Program-made: the position numbers and the translations under genes
The notes under the pieces: generated by a model
What the model saw: the letters and a program-made list of their open reading frames with translations, nothing else
Databases searched by the model: none
What the model was told of the DNA's origin: nothing
Origin: a virus
Virus record (IMG/VR): IMGVR_UViG_3300045988_180522
Direction: 5' to 3' (one strand)
DNA: 64,000 nucleotides
Shown here: positions 17,183 through 27,200 of the stretch, one piece after another
Numbering within the stretch: position 1 is the stretch's first letter
Layout of the letters: each line of letters begins with the position of its first letter

Positions 17183-19633
17183 ATGGCTAGAAATAAGAGA
17201 AAGAACCCTATTCTTGAATACTTCAATACGAGGGGAAATAAATTTCCTTATGGAGGAGTGGTTCAGGGAGCTGGTCCTGTATATACAGGTGTTCAGTCTC
17301 CAGGTCTCAACTATTCCCTTGCTCCAATGAATACTGCCTCTCCTGGCCCTGTTACATCCCAGCTCTCAGGATTTGGATCAGGGGCAAATGCCATATCAGG
17401 AGCTGTAGGAGGATTAGCAGGACTTGCATCAGGAATAGCTTCCAATGTTCAGAATACCGGAGATCTTAGTAGTACCTACAGTGGTATTTCAGATCAGTTT
17501 TCAGGATCAGAAAGTACCGGATATGATGCACTGGCTGATGAATGGTCTTTATTTGAGCCTCAGGAACATGTGTCATGGAGGGATGTACGTGGTAAATCGG
17601 GAGGAATAGGTGGTATTGCTGGTACTACAGCAGCAGGGGCAGCTATCGGAAGTATTGTTCCGGGTATAGGGACAGCTATAGGTGCAGCTGCCGGAGCCTT
17701 AATAGGTGGTATAAGTAATATATTCGGCAAGAGAAAGGCTAAAAGAAAAGCCAGACGTATAAATAAACAGATTGACAGGGCAAATCAATTTGCTGTCAAT
17801 GACTTAATAAACAGAGCAGATATGATAGATACGGAGCAGGACCTGGATGTTATGGGTAATTATTCTGCTTACGGAGGTCCTCTTAACCTTTACAGGTCCG
17901 GGGGAGGGATAAAAATAGATCCTTCTAAGAGAGGTACATTCAGGGCACAGGCATCAAGAATGGGCATGGGAGTGCAGGAAGCTGCAAGAAAGATATTATC
18001 TGCCCCCAAGGGGAGATATTCGGCGGCAATGAGGAAGAAAGCCAATTTTGCAAGGAACTTTGCCCATAAGCATGGGTATGGCGGATATTTATTCTATCCT
18101 GATGAATTTACTGAATTTAATACCGGAGGAACCCATGAGGAGTCCCCGCTGGGAGGAATACCACAGGGTATGGATAATGAAGGTACTCCTAATCTTGTTG
18201 AGGAGGGTGAGTCCAGGTATAAGGACTATATATTCAGTAACAGGCTGTATCTGGATAAGGATATGCTCAAATCAGCCGGATTACCTTTATCCCTCGACGG
18301 AAAGACATTTTCACAGGCTGCTAAGTTTATAGCAAGGGAACCTTCTGAGAATCCCTTCGATCCTATTTCGAGAAGATCACTGAAAGACGGTATGACAAAA
18401 CTTATGGTGCTACAGGAAGGTCTTAAATCTTCTGATACAGGTAATACCTTTGCTATAGGAGGATTTATGGATTATCCACCTGCCGGAAGCTGGAAGAGTA
18501 TCAATATTGGCCCTCCCGACAGTCTTACTGTACTGAGAAGGAATGATATTCCTGTATCTTCCGGATCATGGAAGAGTATTGATATTTCTTCTCCGTCTGA
18601 GTTTCCTGTAACAGGATCTGATATTCCTTTCAGGAGCTGGAAGAGTATTGATATCTCACCTGTAGTAACACCTTCTCCTGTAACATCAGGTTCTGTTACT
18701 GCCGGAAATGTTCCTGTATCAAAAACTGTAAGGAAGAAGTCTCCTGTAAGAAGTGAAGATCCCGGACTAATGACTGTAAGGGGCCGGGAGAGTGGTATTA
18801 ACAATGGTGATTTTGAGTACAACCTCATGCCTATGAATACAGAAACAGATGCTTACATTTCCCCGTCAGGCAGACAGGGAGGATTACCTGACAGAGACTG
18901 GACACTGGGAATAGATTCCAGTATCCTGAGGTATGCTCCTGCATTAGGATCTGCTATAGGAGCATTCATGAACAATGGTCCTGATTACAGTAATGCTGAC
19001 AGGATAGAAAGGGCTGTCAGGAATGTAGATTTTGATCCTGTAGGAAACTATCTGGCATATACTCCTCTTGACAGAAATTATTATCTGAATAAGCTGGGAT
19101 CACAGGCAGGAGCTACAAGAAGGGCTATTGTGAACCAGTCAGCAGGAAACAGATCCACAGCTTTAGCCGGATTACTGGCAGCTGACTATAATTATGGTAA
19201 TGCCATGGGACAGCTTGCAAGACAGGCAGAAGAATATAATTTAGGGCAAAGGGAGAGGGTCGAAGCTTTCAACCGTGGCACTAACCAGTTTAATTCAGAG
19301 GGTAAGCTTAAAGCTGACTCTTTTAATGCTGAGCTTGGGTTGAAGGCAGCCATGGCAGCAGCCCAGATGAGGGAAGCTGAAAGGAATAATACAGATGCTG
19401 CCAGATCAGCTAATCTGACCAGATTCTTTGATAACCTTGGTGAGATAGGCAGGGAATCATTCAGCAGGAATATGGTAAATTTCAATCCGGCGAACTACTA
19501 TACCATTGACAGTTCAGGTAAGATAAGATATAAGGGAATGGATGATCTGGATGAGGATCAGAAAGAATCAGTAAGGAAACAAGCCCGGGCCAGAGCCAGG
19601 AAAAAGTCTCATGGAGGGTTCTTAAATATATAA
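17183..19633 (+). CDS. Gly/Ala-rich virion protein with a hydrophobic GxxxG segment and a triple SWKSI[ND]I repeat; candidate ejected or membrane-interacting protein
   Basis: The track start at 17093 is TTG and lies inside the terminator hairpin; the first in-frame ATG is at 17183 (MARNKRKNP...). The protein has long GGIGGIAGTTAAGAAIGSIVPGIGTAIGAAAGALIGGI stretches followed by a basic KRKAKRKARR patch. Confidence 0.5.
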   Translation: MARNKRKNPILEYFNTRGNKFPYGGVVQGAGPVYTGVQSPGLNYSLAPMNTASPGPVTSQLSGFGSGANAISGAVGGLAGLASGIASNVQNTGDLSSTYSGISDQFSGSESTGYDALADEWSLFEPQEHVSWRDVRGKSGGIGGIAGTTAAGAAIGSIVPGIGTAIGAAAGALIGGISNIFGKRKAKRKARRINKQIDRANQFAVNDLINRADMIDTEQDLDVMGNYSAYGGPLNLYRSGGGIKIDPSKRGTFRAQASRMGMGVQEAARKILSAPKGRYSAAMRKKANFARNFAHKHGYGGYLFYPDEFTEFNTGGTHEESPLGGIPQGMDNEGTPNLVEEGESRYKDYIFSNRLYLDKDMLKSAGLPLSLDGKTFSQAAKFIAREPSENPFDPISRRSLKDGMTKLMVLQEGLKSSDTGNTFAIGGFMDYPPAGSWKSINIGPPDSLTVLRRNDIPVSSGSWKSIDISSPSEFPVTGSDIPFRSWKSIDISPVVTPSPVTSGSVTAGNVPVSKTVRKKSPVRSEDPGLMTVRGRESGINNGDFEYNLMPMNTETDAYISPSGRQGGLPDRDWTLGIDSSILRYAPALGSAIGAFMNNGPDYSNADRIERAVRNVDFDPVGNYLAYTPLDRNYYLNKLGSQAGATRRAIVNQSAGNRSTALAGLLAADYNYGNAMGQLARQAEEYNLGQRERVEAFNRGTNQFNSEGKLKADSFNAELGLKAAMAAAQMREAERNNTDAARSANLTRFFDNLGEIGRESFSRNMVNFNPANYYTIDSSGKIRYKGMDDLDEDQKESVRKQARARARKKSHGGFLNI
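18488..18655 (+). repeat. Three tandem ~19-aa units containing SWKSI[ND]I
   Basis: The units are SWKSINIGPPDSLTVLRRNDIPVSSG, SWKSIDISSPSEFPVTGSDIPFR and SWKSIDISPVV. Confidence 0.7.
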
Positions 19634-19637
19634 CATT

Positions 19638-21278
19638 ATGGCTGTAGTAATAGGAAGTACTTTCAAACCATTTAATTATTCAGACCTCCTGGCCCCCGTA
19701 CAGCAAGCCACACAGTCTCACCAGGCTGTAGAGAATGCTTACGGGGAACTGGATACAAAAGCCAGTGTATGGGAAGGGCTGGCTAACCAACAGACTGATC
19801 CTGTAGCATACAACACCTATATGAAGTATTCACAGGATCTGAGGGAAAAAGCCGGAATGCTTGCATCACAGGGCCTTACCCCATCTACTGCAAGAGCTCT
19901 TAATAATATGAGAGCCAGATATGCCAGTGAGATAGTACCTATAGAAAATGCCTATAAGAGAAGGGAAGAGTTAGGTAAAGAACAAAGAGAGTACAGGATG
20001 AAAAATCCTTCTGCCATATTTGACAGGGATATGTCTATGGCTTCTCTTGATGAGCTGGTATCAAATCCTTCACTACAATACAGGAGCCTCAGTGGCAAGG
20101 ATATTATGGAACAGGTATCCTCAGCTGCCAAGAATCTGACAAGGCAGGTAAGGGAAAACCCTGCGCAGTGGAAGAGCATTCTGGGAGGACAGTATTATGA
20201 ACTGCTCAGGAACACAGGATTCCGGGATAGTGATGTACTTGCTGTATTATTGCAGTCTGAGGGAGCTTCCCCTGTTCTGAATAAGATTATGGAAGATGCT
20301 GTTGTTTCAAGTGGTGTAATGGATTGGGGATCTCCTCAGGCTCTGAAGGAAGTAAGGAAATGGGCAGGGCAAGGATTATGGTCAGCTATAGGAAGTGAAG
20401 ACAGGAAACAATTACAGAACAGAATGTGGGATCTGGATATGAAGCAGAGATTAGAAGGACCACAGGAACCTGATATCCCGCAATTGCCATTTTCCAGAAG
20501 GCCTCTGGCAAAGGTGGAGATTGAGGAGAGCACATCAAGAATGAAGAAGGAGCTTGATCTTATAAAAGAAGCTGTAAAGGATCCTTCCAAGCTGAATAAG
20601 ATTCCTGCCGGGACTGATATAATAGGAGTAGGTCCTATGCGTGTAGGTTCTATGGGAAGCATTGATTCTGACCATTACAAGGCTCTTAAGAAGTGGAGTG
20701 AAAGGGCAGGGTCAAAAGATCCTAAAGTCATAGAGGACTATATTAACAGGGAAATAAGGAATTCAGCCAGGTTATATGCTGATGATATTTATACTCCGGC
20801 AGACAATAAATTCCTTGTAAGGACTCTTTCTGATAGGCTGACAGCCCTGAAAGATTCTGACAGTAAGACTACTCTCATCAGGGAATATGACCCGAAGAAC
20901 AGGGAAGTCGGCAGTAAGCCTAAGAAATTCTCCGACATAGAAGAATACCTTAATGATTCCACTACCCTGGCCCTGGATTATAATGATAACCTGATCATCA
21001 CAGGGAGGAACAAGAAAGGAAAGACAGAATCCTTTGCACTGGATCCTACTGTATTCGATAATTCCCTTACAGGAGTGAATATTTCTGGTATTCTTGATGA
21101 AATCAGGGCCAGGAGGGCAGATAATAACAGCCGTGCCTATATGGCAGGAAGAATGGCTTTATTCAGCCAGTTGAATGCTTTGCTGAACAGCTATTCAAAA
21201 ATACAGGGAAACACTTTGGGAACTAAGGATCCTGTTCCGGGAGAAGAATCTTATTTAAGTGCAATTGTTAATCCTTAA
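19638..21278 (+). CDS. Hypothetical virion protein
   Basis: 546 aa, ATG 5 nt after the previous stop. Confidence 0.5.
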   Translation: MAVVIGSTFKPFNYSDLLAPVQQATQSHQAVENAYGELDTKASVWEGLANQQTDPVAYNTYMKYSQDLREKAGMLASQGLTPSTARALNNMRARYASEIVPIENAYKRREELGKEQREYRMKNPSAIFDRDMSMASLDELVSNPSLQYRSLSGKDIMEQVSSAAKNLTRQVRENPAQWKSILGGQYYELLRNTGFRDSDVLAVLLQSEGASPVLNKIMEDAVVSSGVMDWGSPQALKEVRKWAGQGLWSAIGSEDRKQLQNRMWDLDMKQRLEGPQEPDIPQLPFSRRPLAKVEIEESTSRMKKELDLIKEAVKDPSKLNKIPAGTDIIGVGPMRVGSMGSIDSDHYKALKKWSERAGSKDPKVIEDYINREIRNSARLYADDIYTPADNKFLVRTLSDRLTALKDSDSKTTLIREYDPKNREVGSKPKKFSDIEEYLNDSTTLALDYNDNLIITGRNKKGKTESFALDPTVFDNSLTGVNISGILDEIRARRADNNSRAYMAGRMALFSQLNALLNSYSKIQGNTLGTKDPVPGEESYLSAIVNP

Positions 21279-21283
21279 TAACT

Positions 21284-24200
21284 ATGCCTGATAAATCCAA
21301 GAAAAAAATAGATACCAGTAAATATGTGGCACATTACGGGGGGTTCGGACCATGGAATAGTCTTATAAATCTGGGAGATGGGATGAATCATGTTACCTTT
21401 GCCGAGAGAAAGGATCTTACTCCTGCTGATGCAGAGAAGGAAAGGAAATATCTTTTGGACTGGTACAGTAATCCGGCTACCCTGGATAGAGTAACTGCAT
21501 TGATGGGGCGTATACCTGAGTCATTGAACAGGGGAACATTTGTAAATGAACACCAGAGAACATATATACAGGAAGAGCCTGATGATATGCTGGAAAGACA
21601 TGGAGGGGCTTATTCTATTAGTGGAAACAAACTGTTCAGGGATCAGAACTATGTAGTATTTTCCCCTGATGCTTATGACCGTGACCAGTTGAGGGTACAT
21701 GAACTCAATCATGCCTATAGTGATTTCCATGAAGATATGTTCAGCAGATTGCCGGACAGGAAATATGATCCCGCCAGTTACGGAGTACTTAATATCCCTG
21801 CTATAAGCAGTTCCTATCCTCAGCCTGATATTGAATATTTACAGGATCCAAGTGAAATCCACAGCAGGTTAATGGAGATAAGGCATTATTTAAGGAAAAA
21901 ACCAGGAGAAAAAATAGATGGGAATGAACTCAGAAAGGCATTGGATGACTTGGACGGTGATAATTTCTACAGGCAGATGAGATATTATAATGATGATGCC
22001 CTGTTATACTGGTTAAACACAGTAGCAGATAATAATACCGGGAAACCTGATGTAAATATAGCTGCTGAAGGAGGTGATCTGAATGATATGGGTATTCAGG
22101 ATCCTTCTGAAATTGGAGTAGGAGGTCTTAAAGGACTTAAAGGGGTAGACAGGGAACAGGGAGAATATAGCAGACTGGTACAATCAGGCAGTCCTCTTAC
22201 AGCAGAGGCTTTGTCCGGGAATTTCAGAAGGAGAACTTTCAATACTTACATTAATGAACCTATAGACGTCTCTGTAGGATTCACAGGAGTAGGAGACAGC
22301 AGGTATGACAAGGAAATAGAAACTGTTTCACAACTGGATAATCTTAGCAATACCCGCGGTGAGTTACAGAGTGGTATTGTACAGCTCGGATCTGGACTTG
22401 CCAAGGCAGGAGTACTGGCAGGCACCACTTTCCTTGATGGTATTCTGGGAACCATTGTGGGTATAGGTACGGCAGCTTCTGAGGGAAGATGGTCAGGATT
22501 ATGGGACAACCAGTTCTCCAGAGTCATGAACAGTATCAATGAATGGTCTGAGGAAGCCCTCCCGAATTACTATACAGACAAGGAACTTGAAGACCCATGG
22601 TATAAGAATATCTTTACTGCCAATTTCATAGGAGATAAGGTAATAAAGAATCTTGGATTTGCTGTAGGAGCCGCATATTCAGGTCGTGTAGGAGCCGGAG
22701 TCCTTTCTAAAGTATCAGGATTAAACAAGGTGAGAAATGCTTTCAAAGGGGCTGTATCAGCCTCAGGAGAAGGATTTAAATCTGTAAATGATGCTTTGTC
22801 GGCAGCAAGGTCAGGAAAAGATATATTTCTGAATGGTGTAAGGATCACAGAGGCACTGGCAAATGATGCTAAGAAACTCAGATATGCCAGTCCTGTATTG
22901 AAGATTACAGGTGCATTTTCCGGTGCTCTTGGAGAAGCCAGGATAGAGGCTATACAGAACAGTAATGACTGGGAAGAGACACAGATACGTAACCTTACTG
23001 AAGCTTATAATAATGTAAAACAGGAAGAAGCAGCCAGACTCATGTCCGAAAGGCCTGACCTGTTTACATATGAAAATGATGGTAATGGTGGATTTGTTCC
23101 TGTTCCCACTGCTCAGGGAAGTGCCCTGATAGAAGGCAGGGCATCTGCAAGATTCGACTATAATGGGGGCCTTGCTAAAATACAGGAGGATAAGCTGAAG
23201 ATGGGTAATATTGATTTCCTTCTTAATATCCCTCTCCTCACATTATCTGACATGTGGCAGTTCGGTAAATTCTATGCCGGAGGATATAAGGCAGCCAGAA
23301 AGACGGCGGGTCTTACCAGAAAAGTTATAGACGGGAAAGTGGTATACGAGCCTCATAAAGCAGGTATTGCTGAGACTGTAGGCCGTACATTACAGAAGAG
23401 TATAGCAGAAGGTCCTTTTGAAGAAATGGGGCAATCGGCTATATCCAGAGGAGCAGGATATAAATACGGAAGTGAGCTTAATTCTTTCTACGGAGCTAAG
23501 ATAGATCCTGTATCTGAGGAAGAATCTGTAGGATTTATAAAAGCTATGGGAGATGCTATTCTGGATACCTATGGTAATGTGGAGAACTATGAGGAGGGAT
23601 TTATAGGTGCTATGACTGCCGCTCTTGGTATCCCTACAATAAGAACTACGGAAAGGGGAATCCGTCCGGGCCTGGAGGGTGGTGTAAGAGAAGATATCAG
23701 GGAGATGCAGGCAGAAAACCGCAGAAACAGGGAAGTGGCAGATGCTTTGAATAAAAGGATACAGTCTCCGGAGTTCCTGAATTACTACCAGGGAATGGTA
23801 AGACATAATAAGTATCAGAGGGATATGGACAGGGCAGCCGAAGAGGGAGATGCCTTTGAGTTCAAGAATGCAGAACATTCACAGCTTATCAGTGATGTGA
23901 TGATGTTTGAAGATGCAGGGAGGATACAGGACTTTTATGATATACTTGAAGAAGCAGGAACTATCAGTGACAGTGATATAGAATCATTAAGGGAAATAAC
24001 AGATGATGGTACCGATGCTTCAAGATACAGGAATATGACTGATTCAGAAATCAGGGAATCAGTCCAGAAGGAAGTAGAGGATACAAGGAAGAAAGCAGAT
24101 TCATACAGAAAGATAGCTTCTGACCTGATGACAAAGGCGGGTACTGAGTTTAGTTCTGATGAGCTGAAAGAGCTTACATGGATGATGACCAGGATAGATG

Positions 24201-27200
24201 ACTGGGAAAAGAGATTTACTGAAATGTACTCTTCTTTCAGGACAGGATTGTCTACAGCAGCTGAAATAGCTAAGAGTACAGGAAATACAGGAGCATATGA
24301 TGATATACAGGAGCTGTCGTCGAAGTCTCCTATGGAAGCACTGGTAACACTGGCAGAGAATGATAAGATATCTGAGTCCCTGTTATCCATGGCAGAGCTT
24401 GCAGGTCCTTCAGGCATAGGTATTCTTGAGGATGTCAATGATATGGTAAAGATGGCTAAGGCCCGTAACACCTTCCTTGCCAAATATAATTCCTATCTCC
24501 GGGACCCCGATAGTCTTAGAAAAATGATGTCTGAGGAGGAGGAGAAAGCCGTAGAGGATAAAAAACAGATGGATACAGAGACTGTTATGGAAGAGGCTGG
24601 TAAGGCAGAAACTCCGTCAGATCTTGAAGAAGCCCTTAGTAATGCCCCTACAGAGGAGATCAGGACTGAGGTGGAAAAACAGCTCAGGAAGGAAGGAAAT
24701 CCTGTTATAACAGAGAAGGATAAAAAGGAAAATCTTACCGAAGATGTATCTTCTATAATTGATAATTTGTCTCCTGATGAGAATATAAGGAATAAGGCCC
24801 GGATTATATTCGACAGGATGGTTCAGTCAGAAGCCACTGCTGATGAGATACTGGATCCTGACAATACTTCATACAAGGAGGGCCTGGAGGATGATGATAA
24901 TATTGAAGCCGCCTTTATTGTAGAGGAGGCACTGAGAAGGGAAAGGGAAAATAATGACATAAAAGACAGGATGTCTGTAACTGAGGAAGACATCAATCCT
25001 GCCGGGCATGAGGAAGAGGTGGTAGAAGAGCCTGAAATGCCTGTGGGGGTGACCTCAAAGGAATCCATGGATAATGAAAACAGTTCCTCTGCTACAGAGG
25101 GATTACCGGAAGGATCCTATTATGCCCCTGCTATATCAGAGTTTTCTATCAACGGACAGAGGATAGGAGATTTCACACCATTCGGAGATACCATTGAAGG
25201 GAAAAAGTATAAACCACTATATGATTTTCTGGTAAGAAAAGGAGCCTTTGACTATGTAAATCAGGGAAAACTGAAAAAAGGAGACAGGGTACATTTTCTC
25301 ATATCTGAGGAATTCAATGAGATAGCAGCAGAAAATCCTGATTTCAACAGTACTACCATATTTATGGCAGTCCTGAATAATGACGGATCCTACCAGATAG
25401 TGGGATCATTACCTGCAAGGGAAATATCTGACAGGTATGAGGGTCTTTCAGAGCTTGAAGACCGTATAATTGAATCCTATAACAAAGGAAAAGGAGACTA
25501 TATATCATCAGAGAGCATCTCTGTATCTAAAATTATGGTAGGAAGGGTTCCTACAGGTATTGAAGAGAAAAACCTGTCTGATATCCCGTACGTAGATCCT
25601 TCAAATGCTACATTAGGAGTTGTAAAACAGGGAGCACTGCTGGTACCCAACAAAAGTGGTATGGTACTGGCAGGATTCAGTACTGAGGGAAGGAATGCCA
25701 ATCTTTACCTTATGCTTCCGGATGGTGCAGGGAAGTACCGTCCTGTAAATGTAAGGGTAAGATATCTGTCTGAGTATGATATAAATGATGTAACAAAACA
25801 GAATACTCCCGTATATAAGGATCTCATTAAGGGACTGACATCACTGGCTGAAGCCAGGAACCAGGATGATATGTTCAAAGCTAAGAAAATGCTTGAGAAT
25901 GTATTATATCTTGGTGGTGTATCTTTCTATCCTGAGATAAGAGGTTCAGAGTCCTTTATCAAGATAGTAAAAGTTCCTGTCGATGCCGGAGGTACTCCCA
26001 TTGAAGGGGGCCAGAAGGTGGAAAATTATATACATACAGGCAGTCTTCCTGCTCTTCTGACACTGGGATCAGGAGGATCTTCATCTCCCTCAACACCACC
26101 ACCCTCCAGGCCCCGGGAAGATGTTGTCAGGGACATTGTAGCTGTCTTACAGAATATGAATGTGCCTTTCCAGGTATCACACAGATTACTCAATTCCAGG
26201 GGATATAATAAACGTATCATAGACTCAGGTATAGTAACATCCAATATACTGGAAGCAAGATTCAGGGGAACATGGTTTACTACAGACTATTTCTCTCCTG
26301 AGGGTACTGAAAAGAATAGTGTTCCGCCTGCTGAAGGAAAAGCAGGGGCCAGGGAATCCAATAGTGTTGGAGGTATAGAAGTAGATCTCAGGGGGGACAA
26401 ATTCTATGTAGACGGATCCACAGTCAGGGATAAGAACGGACGTATAGTAAAATCTCCTGATCCTGTATTACAGGCAGAAGCATATGCCTTACAGGTATAC
26501 GGCGATGCTATGAATGGTTCAGGACAGGTAAATGGTGTGGTACTTCTTCCTAATGGTGACCTGTATAACAGGAAAAGCAGAAAGATTATCCATCCGGGAG
26601 ATGACGGATATTCAAATCTGAAGAAACAGTTCGACCCTCCTGTGAAAACAGATAATAATACCATAATCGCCGATATAGAAGAAAATCAGAGAAAGGTAGA
26701 CAGGGTAAATTCTACAGGCGATACATACAGTATCATGGAGGAGGATGGCCAGTATCATGAATATAAAAGTGTACGGTCTGTGATGGGTGGATTGTGGATA
26801 GAGAATCCGAAAGTACATGACACCATCTCTGCTGTGAGTGCATCTCTGGCTGAGAAGAGCAGCCAACCTGAGCAGTATAATAGGTACCTTGATTTCCTGA
26901 AAGGGAAATACGGCATAGATCTTACTGAGTATAAAGGACGTACCACATCACAGGACAGGGATATGATCCTGTCTCTTCTCAGGGAATCATTGTCAGAAGC
27001 AAATCCTCCTGTAAAGGCCTCTGATCCTTTCAGGCTCATTACAAGAAATTTCTTCATGGGCCGGGAGGTAGTTAAGCCTGATAATGTCAGTGAGGAAGCT
27101 TTTCAGTCCTACCTGTCTTCCCTTGGAAATATAAGAAACAGTCTGAATGAGGCAGGGGAAACAGTAATTTCTTCCGGAATAGTAGTATTCAGGAAATATG

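Noticed and set aside
22246-27057. Minus-strand ORFs (for example 23390..23878, 23935..24483, 8535..9134, 38057..38575, 38651..39172) inside the large plus-strand structural and giant genes
   Set aside because: These are antisense shadows of purine-rich coding strands, S/L/I-rich with no motifs. The plus-strand genes are continuous and strongly supported.
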